Positions 28,449 through 39,330 of a stretch of 64,000 bases of DNA are shown piece by piece. The stretch is taken from the IMG/VR virus record IMGVR_UViG_3300011832_000025. One strand, written 5' to 3'. Below the pieces are notes generated by a model. That model did no database searches. It was not told the DNA's origin and saw only the letters and a list, made by a program, of their open reading frames with translations. A program made the position numbers and the translations under genes. The DNA comes from a virus. Lineage: Duplodnaviria; Caudoviricetes. Positions within the stretch are counted from its first letter, which is position 1. Each line of letters begins with the position of its first letter.

Positions 28449-29054
28449 ATGGATTATTATTTGGTTTCTGTGTTTGAAAATCAAGGCCTCACTGCAGTAG
28501 AAAAGATGTGCGAACAAGGCAAACAAAAACTCGCACTACGCAACGACACCCTCCGCTGGGCAATCCAGCAACATGAAAATGAACTGGTCAATCTTCTAAT
28601 AAAATACACAGATGTGCATCACGATGGTGCGATGCCCACGCGTTTGGCTGCATTGGTAAACAATGAAACCGCGCTGGAAAAAATTTTGGCGGTTTCTGAT
28701 GTTGGTGGTTCAGCTATTGACCGTTTTAAGGTGTATGTGGATTTGGTTCATAGCCCGACCATTTCTTCGTATGTGTTGAAAATGATCGGAAAAAGTTTTT
28801 CTGATGATGTTTTTGATCAGGTGCACAACAAAATGACTAAGCGGGTTCAGTGGTATATGGAGATCGCGCAATGGGATTTTGAACGGCACCAAAAATTCCA
28901 TGAAAACAAAGCCTCAGATTTTGAAAAGGGTGTTCTAAATATCTCCAAACCAAATCTTGTTGACAATGAATATTATCAGCAAGCCGTTCAGTTGCAAAAA
29001 AGTTTGGACACGGTTCGTCAGTTGCGAACACCGTCCAAAAAACAAAAGATGTAG
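28449..29054 (+). CDS. ankyrin-like repeat protein (KQKM tail)
   Basis: LRWAIQQHENELVNLLIKYTDVH and RLAALVNN repeats. Confidence 0.7.
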   Translation: MDYYLVSVFENQGLTAVEKMCEQGKQKLALRNDTLRWAIQQHENELVNLLIKYTDVHHDGAMPTRLAALVNNETALEKILAVSDVGGSAIDRFKVYVDLVHSPTISSYVLKMIGKSFSDDVFDQVHNKMTKRVQWYMEIAQWDFERHQKFHENKASDFEKGVLNISKPNLVDNEYYQQAVQLQKSLDTVRQLRTPSKKQKM

Positions 29055-29060
29055 AACCAA

Positions 29061-29090
29061 AAACAAAGGACGCGAAAGCGTCCTTTGTTT
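29061..29090. terminator. bidirectional terminator
   Basis: AAACAAAGGACGC-gaaa-GCGTCCTTTGTTT. Confidence 0.85.
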
Positions 29091-29184
29091 TATTTGGTGT
29101 TTCAATTGGATGGAAAGTGCGATGCCATAATTTCATCCAAGTGGGTTGAAATTTGGCATGCCTATCATAGGGAAGGTGGTGGGG

Positions 29185-30681
29185 TTACATTTTTTTCTTG
29201 TTTTTGTGAGCGGTTTCGTTCTCACCCAAGGCCTTTTCCAAGCGCATTTTGGACAAAAGCGCCTGCCATTTTGGGTCTTCCAAAAGAGCCGGAAAATTGC
29301 TTTCTTGAAGATCAATATGGTGTTTTTGATAGAGTTTTAGAATTTTTTTTGACGTGTCGCACTGCATTTCATGTGTAAGATCAGAGTAACTGGAATGCAC
29401 ACTGTTTTGGAAGTCCGTCAATTTATCAAACTCTTCAATTGTTACGTCCGCCGCACACTTTCCATCGTTGTTGCGGACCTGCGATAATTGAGGGTTGTTC
29501 TCCAATAAATATTGTACGGCGGGCAGTAAACCGCTTTTGACTGCGGCGTGCAATAGCGTGTCCCCCTGTGCGTTTTGATAATTTAATGATGTGTTGTCGA
29601 GCAATGCGACAAACATCTCCATTTTGCGTTGCCGCATTTTTTTATAAACACTGGGGGTGGAGTTGCCAACCCCATGCGAAAGAGCATCAAAAATAATGTC
29701 GGATTTTTTAGCCAAAATTGTGGGGTCTTTCAAGGATTGAGCAAGAAGGGTTGTGTCGAATTTTTTTATGGCGTCCCCCAACAGTTCTTGGGGGGTTTTG
29801 GTGGTGGTGCCGCCCAGCATATTTTGAATGGAGGCGATATGCTCAACCCGACTTGTTGTTTTGCGGATCAAATCAAGCGGATATTTGCCCTTGTTGTCTT
29901 GGGGTGATTTGTCTGCTCCCAGTTGCAATAAAAATTCAACCATCTCGGGAATTAGGTTGGCTGTTGCGTGATGCAAAGGTGTTCGCCCCAGACCGTTTGC
30001 GTGATTCATCACCGCTTTAAGACGTTCGGGAGGAATTTGTTTAAGCAATGCCACCCCTTTGCTGTGGCACACCCACGAAAATATTGTATCGTCTTCGCGC
30101 GCCGTTGGGTTATGAACAGGCTTAAACCCCTGCGTGGTAGGCCAAATTTGGTGATCAATTAACCATTGGGCGCCGGCTACAGCCTCTTTGTTTGCGCATT
30201 GGTGCAGCAACAAATTCCAGGTGTTGTTGCAATCAGCGCTGTCGCTGTGGAGCACCGCGCCGGTTTTTTTCAGCCATTCAAAATATTCCGGAATTAACGA
30301 TTTGTGGCGCAACTCCCACAAATAGAGGCTGTAGGGATACCCTGAAGGAACCAAGTTGTTTTTATTAAGCAACACCCCGATTTGATCCCAGGATTTTAGC
30401 TCAAGCTGTATTTGTGCGCGCTGCTCTGCTTTGGTCGGGTTCCACGAATAGGTGTATGGGGTCACCGCTCTACACATTCCCACCAGTTCATTAGCCAAAT
30501 CTGTGCGTTGTTGGGGATTTAAGGTGGGCAATATGCGAGGCACATACAAGTCCAAAAAAGCCACCCCCAATGAGTGTTCATTGTGAGAGGAAAAACCTTC
30601 GGTGGGAGCTCCCACCGCTTGAAGCAAAGGTATGAGGTTTGGTTTATCCAAATAATTACAATCGGGAAGAATGGTGGTCAT
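29185..30681 (-). CDS. ankyrin-repeat protein (KKKM tail)
   Basis: GRTPLHHA...LLQLGAD...GKYPLDL and GDTLLHAAV repeats. Confidence 0.85.
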   Translation of the reverse strand: MTTILPDCNYLDKPNLIPLLQAVGAPTEGFSSHNEHSLGVAFLDLYVPRILPTLNPQQRTDLANELVGMCRAVTPYTYSWNPTKAEQRAQIQLELKSWDQIGVLLNKNNLVPSGYPYSLYLWELRHKSLIPEYFEWLKKTGAVLHSDSADCNNTWNLLLHQCANKEAVAGAQWLIDHQIWPTTQGFKPVHNPTAREDDTIFSWVCHSKGVALLKQIPPERLKAVMNHANGLGRTPLHHATANLIPEMVEFLLQLGADKSPQDNKGKYPLDLIRKTTSRVEHIASIQNMLGGTTTKTPQELLGDAIKKFDTTLLAQSLKDPTILAKKSDIIFDALSHGVGNSTPSVYKKMRQRKMEMFVALLDNTSLNYQNAQGDTLLHAAVKSGLLPAVQYLLENNPQLSQVRNNDGKCAADVTIEEFDKLTDFQNSVHSSYSDLTHEMQCDTSKKILKLYQKHHIDLQESNFPALLEDPKWQALLSKMRLEKALGENETAHKNKKKM

Positions 30682-30814
30682 GGGATTTAACCTTAATAAT
30701 GGGAGGCAATGCAATAATTATGTCATATTGTATCAAAAATTTTGTGGTAAAAGAATATGTTGTCACACTTAAGATTTGTGCTACAGTCAGGTTTTTTTAT
30801 AGGATGGGCTGCAT

Positions 30815-31699
30815 ATGAGCTACGTGTATTACACCGACGAAAAAAACAATAAGCTTATCCCGCAATGGGTCGCTGTAGCTCATGAAGAGTGTCTTCAGAA
30901 ATACGACCAAATCTATTCAGAGCGTGAAGATGTCCGTCGTGCGACTGCGTTAATCAGAAGCCTGCCCGTATACGAGGCAAAAAATTCAAATTATAAAATT
31001 GGTGCGTATACCCGGAACTGGAAAATGCAATACGGCAAGGACGCGTATATTGTGTTGAACACGGCCCGCCCTAGTGTGTATTTGCATTTGGTGGACTTAA
31101 ATATTACCCAGGGGGATCTGGACAAAGGCCTGCCGACAGAAGAGTTCATTGCCGCCATTGAATTGCTGGTGTCGTTGAATAAAAAAGGAGTGGGTGCGGA
31201 TCTGTCCAACTGGAAGAAGTTGCGAAAAAACATTGACAGTCAAACATATACACTGCATGAATTTTCACCCATTGATGCGTTTTCCCGTAGTTCTTCCTAC
31301 GCGTTGTTCTGCCGGAAAGAAGACGGTTCGGAGGGCTATCTCACGGAAAACGGCCTGGGGCCGTTATCGCGCGCCATCACTTACGACAGTTTGGAAGAGA
31401 TGGAAGCGGCCTTCAACCGACAAGCCCGCTTCACATATCATGAGCATTTGCAAATTGTCAAAATAAAGTCTGAAGTGGAGAGTCTGGGGGATCTGAAAAG
31501 AATGCCCCGCTATTCGTCTCACAGTTGGGGCCCAAAAACCGATTTAAATGGCTCGGTTATTTATCAAATTGCAACCGATGTGCAGCGCAATAATATTGAA
31601 AAAGCATTAAAGCAGGCATCGGAGCAACAAATCATTGACGCGTACAACGCCTTGAAAAAAGAACCCAATGAGGACGAACAAAAGAAGCGAAGAATGTAA
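30815..31699 (+). CDS. hypothetical protein (KKRRM tail)
   Basis: 294-aa ORF; extended -10 at 30778. Confidence 0.8.
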   Translation: MSYVYYTDEKNNKLIPQWVAVAHEECLQKYDQIYSEREDVRRATALIRSLPVYEAKNSNYKIGAYTRNWKMQYGKDAYIVLNTARPSVYLHLVDLNITQGDLDKGLPTEEFIAAIELLVSLNKKGVGADLSNWKKLRKNIDSQTYTLHEFSPIDAFSRSSSYALFCRKEDGSEGYLTENGLGPLSRAITYDSLEEMEAAFNRQARFTYHEHLQIVKIKSEVESLGDLKRMPRYSSHSWGPKTDLNGSVIYQIATDVQRNNIEKALKQASEQQIIDAYNALKKEPNEDEQKKRRM

Positions 31700-31750
31700 T
31701 TTCTGTTATACTGAAATTATACTAAAGTTGCCTGTGGAAAGGAGAAGGTG

Positions 31751-32281
31751 ATGGACCTTGACCTCAAAAAAGAGTTTATCAATGATGTTCATGAACATTT
31801 TGGTGAACGTTTGGTGTTTGCGAGCCCTCGTCGCAAATCGGGGTTCAACAACAACCGCATGTATTTTACGTTTAGCGCGACCGACACCCATGTCAAAATG
31901 TTTGATCGGACAATCACCAAAACGGAATTTATAACGTTGTGCCAACAGTGGGTCAAGCAATGGGGATCTGAAGAAGATTTAACCTACGAATTAAAGCCCG
32001 TTGGCCGCCAAATGGGATCCACAAAGTGCCGCTGTTGTGGCAAAAATTTAGGGAATGGTGGGGGATGGTGTTCTTCTGAATACGGCGGACAAAGGTCGTT
32101 GTTCAGTCTGTCGGGCGGAGCGGATCACTATATCGAACATGGCTTGGGGTTGAGTGTGGTTACCTATTACGCGCCCCATGTGAAGGTGCACCTGCAATTT
32201 ATTGGCGGTCAACAAGACATCAATTGGATCAACAATTGGAGTCCCACCCCCAAGCCTGCACCCAAAGGCCTAAAAATCTAA
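31751..32281 (+). CDS. hypothetical protein with CRCC...HY..H possible zinc site
   Basis: GGAG RBS; ends GLKI. Confidence 0.75.
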   Translation: MDLDLKKEFINDVHEHFGERLVFASPRRKSGFNNNRMYFTFSATDTHVKMFDRTITKTEFITLCQQWVKQWGSEEDLTYELKPVGRQMGSTKCRCCGKNLGNGGGWCSSEYGGQRSLFSLSGGADHYIEHGLGLSVVTYYAPHVKVHLQFIGGQQDINWINNWSPTPKPAPKGLKI

Positions 32282-32338
32282 CCCTTGTATTGCGCAAACC
32301 TGTTGTGGTACACTTCCGGCATAAACCCCGGAGGTTAT

Positions 32339-32941
32339 ATGAGCATATCGCAATCATTGCAGGATATTGAGCTGCTGGTCAATCAAATCGAAATGGCCAA
32401 TGAGTGGCAAAAAAACCTTAAGAAAACAAAATTCGATAAAGTGATATACCCCATTGGGGCCTTCTCGGTTGTGGCCGCCTGTTTGTATGGTGTGTGGCAG
32501 GGAATTTCAATAGAATTTTCACTAGAGATAATGGCGATCAAATTATGGCTGAGTTTGATGTCGGTTCCATTGTGTGGGTGGGTAACCTACTTGAGTATAA
32601 GCGCTTTTATGAAAAAGAAATACAAAGATAATCGGTGGGATATGTGGATGGAATTCATTGAAAACACGCGCACCCAACAAGCAAAAGAATATCGAAAACA
32701 TTTTGTGCAAATGCTCAAAGATCAAAATATAAGCCCCGATGATCCAGTCATCCAACGCCTGCAGAGTTTGGATAAAGACATTCCCTTGTCAAAAAAATTT
32801 TGGAGAAAGTGCATGCATATTGTGAAGGAAAAAGAGTTGGAAAAGCCTTGGGGGCCCATAGTTGAAGGGAAAGTTTCCGTATCTGTGGACACCTATTCTG
32901 CACAATCCTCTGAATCTGTGCCCCAAAATTTTAAACTGTAA
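32339..32941 (+). CDS. family B-like 2-TM protein
   Basis: LQDIE..VNQIE.A; 2 TM; DIPLSKKFW; VSV...FKL. Confidence 0.75.
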   Translation: MSISQSLQDIELLVNQIEMANEWQKNLKKTKFDKVIYPIGAFSVVAACLYGVWQGISIEFSLEIMAIKLWLSLMSVPLCGWVTYLSISAFMKKKYKDNRWDMWMEFIENTRTQQAKEYRKHFVQMLKDQNISPDDPVIQRLQSLDKDIPLSKKFWRKCMHIVKEKELEKPWGPIVEGKVSVSVDTYSAQSSESVPQNFKL

Positions 32942-32976
32942 TCCGACAATATTTTTAAACCTCGGCGAGACAAACG

Positions 32977-33600
32977 ATGAACAAAAAAATTAAAAATTTG
33001 GAAGCTTTTATAACCCAATGTGAAGAGGCTTTTCAATGGAGCAAAACAGCAAAATTAGTAACCCATCATGGAAAATTGGTGTGTTTAAGTGTCACGGCTA
33101 TCACCACGGCCTGTGTGGCTGGATTTCTATGGTTGTCTTGTGTCCAATATCCTGAAACGTCTCTCCTGGCAAAAATATTTGGAACGTTTATGTTGTCGTT
33201 CGGCGGATGGATGTTTGCTGTTCCAGCAACATCTTTGGCCTTTCTCTTGGGGGCGAAATGGTGGGTAAAAGGGGAGCACTATAGCGTCTGGATCAATTGC
33301 ATGCGTGAAAAAGGACACAATCTGGGCAATGACCTCAAAAAAGTTCAAAAGCAGCGCCGCACATTTATGAATATGTTAAAGGACCACAATGTGGAGGGAT
33401 CGTCCGAGTTGGTCCAACGCTTAAAAGACTTAGAAGGGGAAGTCGATCTCACCGACTTTTTCTGGGAAAATTGCCAGAATGCTTTGAGGGAAGAATTGCA
33501 AATCACTGAAGTGGATTTGCAACAAGAATGGGGAGATTTTGTTGAAGTGTTTACGGCCCAACCCCTCAATCACCCCGCCAATAAAAAATTAAAGTTGTAA
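32977..33600 (+). CDS. family B-like 2-TM protein (tandem paralog of 32339)
   Basis: F..MLKD.N....LVQRL..L...FFW..C; VEV...KLKL. Confidence 0.75.
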   Translation: MNKKIKNLEAFITQCEEAFQWSKTAKLVTHHGKLVCLSVTAITTACVAGFLWLSCVQYPETSLLAKIFGTFMLSFGGWMFAVPATSLAFLLGAKWWVKGEHYSVWINCMREKGHNLGNDLKKVQKQRRTFMNMLKDHNVEGSSELVQRLKDLEGEVDLTDFFWENCQNALREELQITEVDLQQEWGDFVEVFTAQPLNHPANKKLKL

Positions 33601-33601
33601 C

Positions 33602-33629
33602 AAAAAAAGAGCGCATTGCGCTCTTTTTT
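33602..33629. terminator. bidirectional terminator
   Basis: AAAAAAAGAGCGCA-TTGCGCTCTTTTTT. Confidence 0.8.
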
Positions 33630-33636
33630 GTGTGCC

Positions 33637-36600
33637 TTATCCACTAGCGGCGTCCAACCGCACCGTGCGGGCAAAACGCGAAATTTTAACCGGTTCCACA
33701 ATAGGCTCGGGTTCAACCACGGCGCGAACAGTTTTGCGCTCCACCAACAAAACATCGCGTTGTTCACTTTCTTGGTAAGGGGTTACACCCAATTCCTCAA
33801 GTCTTGTGAGAATTTTGTGCAGCGTCTGTTGGGGCTCCAAATACCACGCCGCGGCCGTCACCCGCAGGAATGTCCATCCCGCGCGCTCCAAAATCCGTTG
33901 ATTGGTGACCGCGCTCTGCCAGCTTTCGTGCCACGCGCCCCCCATCAAGCGGTTGGCGGGAATATCCCCGTCGCATTCAATTGCCAACCGTCGACCCCAT
34001 TTGTCTTCCACCACCAAATCAATTTGAGCGTGCTTCGGACCAATATGCGCTTGCACATAATAGCCTTGATCGTTCAGAGCTTGGAAAATGTCGCGTTCCA
34101 AATCCGATTTGCAATACTCCAGTCCGCTGCGGTTTTGAGCGCTGTGCTCATCGTGGAAATGGTGCACCACTTTAGACAGCAATGTGCCGCTGCGCAACGC
34201 CGCGTCGGGAATGGAACGCACCAAAATCATACGGTCGCGCGCACGGGACATCGCCACGTTGAACCGTTGGTGGAATTCAGGTCGGTCGCTTGCGCCCCCA
34301 CTGTTTCCATCCCAAGTCATGGCCACAAACATAATGTCGCGTTCGGAACCTTGGAAGCGGGCGGGCGGACCCACCAAAATTTTATGGTTGATGTACGCCG
34401 CTTGAGAAATGGCCTGGTCAATCGCGTCGCGAATTTTATTGGATTGCGCGTCTTTTGACGGAAGCGTCACCACTCCAATGCTTTTGTGCGCCATCTGAGG
34501 GTCCGCCACAATTTGTTGAATTTCCCGCGCAATCACAGTGGCTTCGGCTTCGTTGACATCGTCCTCCATTTTGCCGTCTTCCACAAAAACATCAATTAAC
34601 GGAGGATCCAACCGCTCGGCTCCCGAAGGAATACGCAAAGGAACCATTTTATTGTGGTAGTAGTTTTTGTTGGACCAGGAAATAATGGGGGCCACGCAGC
34701 GGAAGTGTTCGCGCAACATAATAGACGAATTGGGCAACACACCACTGAACAAATCGTAGATCGACCGATCCGGTGCCATCAACGGGGCAAAGGGTTGGTT
34801 GGCCAACAACGTGCGGCGCTGCTGCAAAATAAGATCTTCTTGCACAAAATTGCTGGGGGAAACCTGTTTGTCGTCCCCCACAATCAAGATTTTTTTGCCT
34901 CGGATCAGCGCCGGCAACGCCGCCAAATCCGACTGAGAAGCTTCGTCCACAATCACCAAGTCAAACAGTTCCAATTCGCTGGGCATCACTTCCGAAACCT
35001 TAGCGGTGGGCATAATCCAGCAGGGAACCGCCGAGAACGCTTCGGCCATCGCAAAGCGCGCGTCTTGTTGGTGGCGCGCGCTGCGTTTGCCTGTTCCACT
35101 TCCCACCGCGCGAACCGCTGACAAATACGCCCCCAACGCTTGCCGTTGTTGCGGGGTGACGCCCAAGGCCAATTTGGCCCACGATTTTTCCGCCGCCAAT
35201 TCGCTCAAGTGAGTGGACAACGATTGAACCACGGTGCGTCGGGTGTTGAAATACGCCATCAATGTTTGCTGTTCATTCAAGGTGCTCAAGAAAGCTTGAA
35301 TTTGAGCTTGCTGCACCAAGTCTTTCCAGTTTTCAGGCAACAACGGGTCATCAGGCAACGCCGCCGCCACACGTTTGGGGTTGGGAAGATTGTCCAAGGG
35401 GTTCTTAATCAACGCGTGCACCCAGTCCCCAAACCCTGCTTGAGCCAACACATGCAACGCGTGTTCCGCGGGCTTCGCCGCCAATGAAATTACGCCATAC
35501 ATCCGTTCCGCGCTGATCAACAAAGAGCGCCATTGCGACACACGGGTGTCCCCCGGATCACTGTCAATCGATCGCGACGACGACCGCCGCCCAAAATCGG
35601 TTTCTTTAGCAGCCCACATATCCACTTCCAAGAACTGCCGCACTTTGTCCATGAAGGTGGTCACGGGAGCGGCCACCGTTTGGCGGGTTTTTGGGGGGAT
35701 GGGCAAAGGGGGGAGATCAGGGAGAACCGCGTGCACTTTGGACTTGGTCAACAACTGTTGAATGTTGTCTTTAAACATCGTCAAATAGCGTTGTTCTTCA
35801 TCAATGCTTTGCCACAAGTTTAAACTGCGCTCGGCCACGTTCAAGGCGGCTTCCCGCTCCATTTCGGTCTTTTGGTCCCATTGCGCCCAGGGCGACGTAA
35901 TGCGCAACGGTTCGTGTTGCTCTTCCGACCGACCGGGTTTGGCGCGCAAATGAATAGAGGGCGCTTGCTCGGAGGTTGAGCGAGTCCATTTGCTTTTCAC
36001 TGGCGCGCTGACTTCATGCGCAATCGGATCCACAAAGATTTTGGCCAACGCGTTTTCGATAGCGGGCGCAATTTTTTTGCGCCACTCCGAACGCGTAATT
36101 TGGAATTCCGCGGTTTTGGCAATATGGTCAATGTGTTTGAACAAATCCTGAGAATTGGACGAACTCACCACCAATGATTTGTTGTTTTCCACCCCTTCGT
36201 GGGGGGAATCCCATGTCCACCCAAACGCATTGGCGTACAGCCCCCAGGATGAGGGAATTTCTTCCGCGCGCTTGAGTAAACGCAAGTGCTCCTCCACCCT
36301 TTTCCAGGTTTCAGGTGTGGTGGGGCGCTGACCATCCACTTTCACTTCGTCAATCCACCCTTTCACGGATTTATTGGCGGTCATGCGTTGGAAGAAGCCC
36401 CCCACGGGAGCCCCCGTGGCCGCGCCCCGTTCAACGGCTTGACGGAATTCGTCGTGGCGAACAGCTTCAGCAGGGATCTGGAACACCCCCAATTCATTGC
36501 GCAGTTGATTGCGCAGAGAAATGATGTTGCGGCAGAAATCGGCGGGGGCTTGCGCTCCTGTTGACTCGTCCCCCAAAATAGCTTCATCAGCGCGGGCGGG

Positions 36601-38718
36601 GCGCCGCACCAACCCCTCCAACGCCTCTGCTTGCGCTTGACTGCGTTGCAGTTCGGCAATCGCCTCGGTCAAGGTGTCCACGTCCCCAGTTAAGGCCCAA
36701 ACAGCCGTGTCGTCCAAGGGGGAGGACTTGGCTTTGTTCAACCCATCGTTCAATTGCTTTTGAAGTTTGTTCAACCGCTGTTGAGCAGAAATGGCGCTGC
36801 GCACTTCTTTGTCTTGCGGCCACGTGGAAGGATCGGAAATCGGCTCAAACAGCGCCGGGAACATCGCCCCCGCGTCCAGTCGGGCTTGGCGAATGGACTG
36901 AATAAGTTTTTCATCAATCTGTTCGGGCACACTGGGGAAGATGTACCCCTGTTCCGAACCTTGGGGGTTGGGGGCGGCGTCCGGAACCCGCCCCATCCAA
37001 GACGGAGCGGCGGGGTGTTGCGCATAAAAGCGCGCCAAATCCATCAGCGTGACGGTTTCGCCCTTCAACACATGAGTGGTGTGGTGCACCCCCATATGTT
37101 CCACAATTTGCAAATCCAACGTTTCCAATTGTTTGTACAAGCCATTAACCGCGTGCATCAAATCGTCAATCACCCGTTGAGACACATTGCGGTTGAAGGT
37201 GGCCAGGCGGTCGGCGATTTCCCGAACCGACTTTTCAAAGTCCGCCAAGCTTTCCGTTTCCGAGGTCAACAACGCCACGCTCAAATCACGGATTGAATCA
37301 GGGATTTTTTCCCGCACCGCGGCCAAAGCTGCAGCCGAATGCGAGGTCACCAGCACACGCTGTCCATTAGCCAGATAATGGCTGACAATATTGGCAATTG
37401 TGTGCGATTTGCCGGTGCCGGGCGGTCCTTGCACCACCACACCCGCGGACACTTCCAAGCGTTGCACGACTTGAATTTGTTCTTCGTTGTACGCCAAGGG
37501 GAAGTACAAATCTTGCGCCGCGTCAGTGGTCTGGTGCAGGGTAAACGATTCAACCCCTCGGAACGCCGGCAGTTTGTCGGGGAGACGGTGGACACTGTCG
37601 CGGTCCACCAAGTTGATCAAAATTTCTGGCAACGCCACCGCGTTGGAAACGGCGTCTTCCAGTCGCTTCAAGTCCGCCAGCAAATTGTTGTGCGATCGTT
37701 TTTTCTGGAAAAAGCTAAACCATGGGTAGGCTGTCAGCCGTTCGGTGGGTTCCGGCAAGACCTCACCCACTTGTTGCAGCGAGCCAGACGCGTCCAAACG
37801 CGCCACCAGTCCCGCCACCATAGGGGAGAACGACTGGGGAAGGAAAGGTGAAAACGGCTCATCGTCTTTGCCCGGAGATTTGGCTTTCCAAAACTGCTCA
37901 GCAGCCTCTTTGGTCGCCCCGTCACCCAATCGACCCAAATGCAAAGTGGGGTGTTGTCCTACCGGCCACAACTCCAACGCGTAGTCTTCATTTTCCGCCA
38001 AACGCACCTCACACCGTTGCAAAATCAACGGATAACTGTAAGGCACCACTTTTCCACTTTCCGGATCACGAATGTTCCACAACACGTGCCCCATTCCGCA
38101 CACCACTTCAGTAACCTCAGAAGGCCCTTCCGCGGACACATCGCGGAACAATTGGTACAAATGTTGGTACACTTGTGCAGCTTCGCGCACCAAGCGCTCT
38201 TTCTCCGCCCAAGCGTTCCATGTTTCCATCCACGTCGCATACGCTTGTTCAATCTCGGGGTTGTTGCGCAAGAAAATGTAAGCGCCCCCTGCGTCCTGTT
38301 CGGCCAAATCCCCTTCGTCCTCCGAATTTGGCTCAAGATCTGCTTTGAGTCCTTCCGCTTTTTTGCTTTTGGTGGTTTTGGCTTTGACGGGACGGCTGGG
38401 GTTGTCAATCCGTTTGCGCAATTTTGGTTCCACCGGCGGCTTGACCGGATTGTCTTCCACCACCACCCACATCAACAGTTCCTCTGGTACAGAGGGAGGT
38501 GAACTGGGCTGCACCCGCGCCACCCGGACCCAAGCTTCGGCGTCGTCGTGTTGCACCGGGAAACTGATGCCCGGCAACCGCGCGGCCTGCCCTGCGTCCA
38601 ACAGACGATCTTTTTGCGGTATGCTGTCGTGATGGGATTCTTGAGGCTGTAAAGCGGCAATGTACCGCAACAATTCGATAATACGTGTGGTGTGTGTGGA
38701 TAAGGTCGTCTGTTTCAT
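33637..38718 (-). CDS. large SF1 (UPF1/DNA2-like) helicase with a C-terminal MTES_1575/Vsr-like nuclease
   Basis: GPPGTGKS, DEASQ, GDDKQ, EHFRC, FQGSERD and RFNVAMSRAR motifs; C-terminal IDLVV...LAIECDG...QRILERAGW. Confidence 0.9.
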   Translation of the reverse strand: MKQTTLSTHTTRIIELLRYIAALQPQESHHDSIPQKDRLLDAGQAARLPGISFPVQHDDAEAWVRVARVQPSSPPSVPEELLMWVVVEDNPVKPPVEPKLRKRIDNPSRPVKAKTTKSKKAEGLKADLEPNSEDEGDLAEQDAGGAYIFLRNNPEIEQAYATWMETWNAWAEKERLVREAAQVYQHLYQLFRDVSAEGPSEVTEVVCGMGHVLWNIRDPESGKVVPYSYPLILQRCEVRLAENEDYALELWPVGQHPTLHLGRLGDGATKEAAEQFWKAKSPGKDDEPFSPFLPQSFSPMVAGLVARLDASGSLQQVGEVLPEPTERLTAYPWFSFFQKKRSHNNLLADLKRLEDAVSNAVALPEILINLVDRDSVHRLPDKLPAFRGVESFTLHQTTDAAQDLYFPLAYNEEQIQVVQRLEVSAGVVVQGPPGTGKSHTIANIVSHYLANGQRVLVTSHSAAALAAVREKIPDSIRDLSVALLTSETESLADFEKSVREIADRLATFNRNVSQRVIDDLMHAVNGLYKQLETLDLQIVEHMGVHHTTHVLKGETVTLMDLARFYAQHPAAPSWMGRVPDAAPNPQGSEQGYIFPSVPEQIDEKLIQSIRQARLDAGAMFPALFEPISDPSTWPQDKEVRSAISAQQRLNKLQKQLNDGLNKAKSSPLDDTAVWALTGDVDTLTEAIAELQRSQAQAEALEGLVRRPARADEAILGDESTGAQAPADFCRNIISLRNQLRNELGVFQIPAEAVRHDEFRQAVERGAATGAPVGGFFQRMTANKSVKGWIDEVKVDGQRPTTPETWKRVEEHLRLLKRAEEIPSSWGLYANAFGWTWDSPHEGVENNKSLVVSSSNSQDLFKHIDHIAKTAEFQITRSEWRKKIAPAIENALAKIFVDPIAHEVSAPVKSKWTRSTSEQAPSIHLRAKPGRSEEQHEPLRITSPWAQWDQKTEMEREAALNVAERSLNLWQSIDEEQRYLTMFKDNIQQLLTKSKVHAVLPDLPPLPIPPKTRQTVAAPVTTFMDKVRQFLEVDMWAAKETDFGRRSSSRSIDSDPGDTRVSQWRSLLISAERMYGVISLAAKPAEHALHVLAQAGFGDWVHALIKNPLDNLPNPKRVAAALPDDPLLPENWKDLVQQAQIQAFLSTLNEQQTLMAYFNTRRTVVQSLSTHLSELAAEKSWAKLALGVTPQQRQALGAYLSAVRAVGSGTGKRSARHQQDARFAMAEAFSAVPCWIMPTAKVSEVMPSELELFDLVIVDEASQSDLAALPALIRGKKILIVGDDKQVSPSNFVQEDLILQQRRTLLANQPFAPLMAPDRSIYDLFSGVLPNSSIMLREHFRCVAPIISWSNKNYYHNKMVPLRIPSGAERLDPPLIDVFVEDGKMEDDVNEAEATVIAREIQQIVADPQMAHKSIGVVTLPSKDAQSNKIRDAIDQAISQAAYINHKILVGPPARFQGSERDIMFVAMTWDGNSGGASDRPEFHQRFNVAMSRARDRMILVRSIPDAALRSGTLLSKVVHHFHDEHSAQNRSGLEYCKSDLERDIFQALNDQGYYVQAHIGPKHAQIDLVVEDKWGRRLAIECDGDIPANRLMGGAWHESWQSAVTNQRILERAGWTFLRVTAAAWYLEPQQTLHKILTRLEELGVTPYQESEQRDVLLVERKTVRAVVEPEPIVEPVKISRFARTVRLDAASG

Positions 38719-38875
38719 AAATTTGAGGAAGACTTTAGGGAAAAATAGAAATGAAGTGTACACTATTTTTTTATATTTGTCTCTATTTCCACTCGTAAAG
38801 ATTTAAACCAAATAGGCTGTTGTTTTTATTGATTTTTTTGAAAAAGTGTTGCAGGCAAATACCCCAGCATTTTAC

Positions 38876-39202
38876 TCACGGATGGGGTGTTTTCTGCGCC
38901 AATTGTATCGTTTGCAAATACCGTTGCGCCGGGAAACGATCGCGTTCCGCCAAGGTGGAAATAAGTGTTGTAAGCTGCTCCAGGGATAATTCAGTTAATC
39001 CGCTTTCTGTTCCCCGAAAAACTGTGTAGCGGTTTCCCGCTTTGCACAAATTCAGTGTGTCAATTTTAGCCGGCGGCCCACCCGCGCGAACAAAACGCTG
39101 ATTGACAACAACCTGTTCAATCACCTCATACTTAAGGTGTTCAATTTGCGACTGGATTTTCTTTAACGCAAAATGCGCCGACAAACGGGTGGAAATAGCC
39201 AT
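38876..39202 (-). CDS. hypothetical protein
   Basis: ORF of about 108 aa with an AGGA RBS. Confidence 0.55.
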   Translation of the reverse strand: MAISTRLSAHFALKKIQSQIEHLKYEVIEQVVVNQRFVRAGGPPAKIDTLNLCKAGNRYTVFRGTESGLTELSLEQLTTLISTLAERDRFPAQRYLQTIQLAQKTPHP

Positions 39203-39330
39203 ACCCAATCCTCTTGCAAAGGGGAGGGGAGTATAAACCAAAGACCCCACCCACACAAGCCACGCAATCTTGCGTTTTTGCCCTCAAGTGCGGTAAGATC
39301 CCCTTATGGGTCCAAACAAGCGGAAAAATT

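Noticed and set aside
33616-38632. Numerous + strand ORFs opposite the helicase (likewise opposite the FtsH-like gene, MCP, tnpB and autotransporter)
   Set aside because: Antisense shadow ORFs of well-supported genes, with no recognisable motifs.
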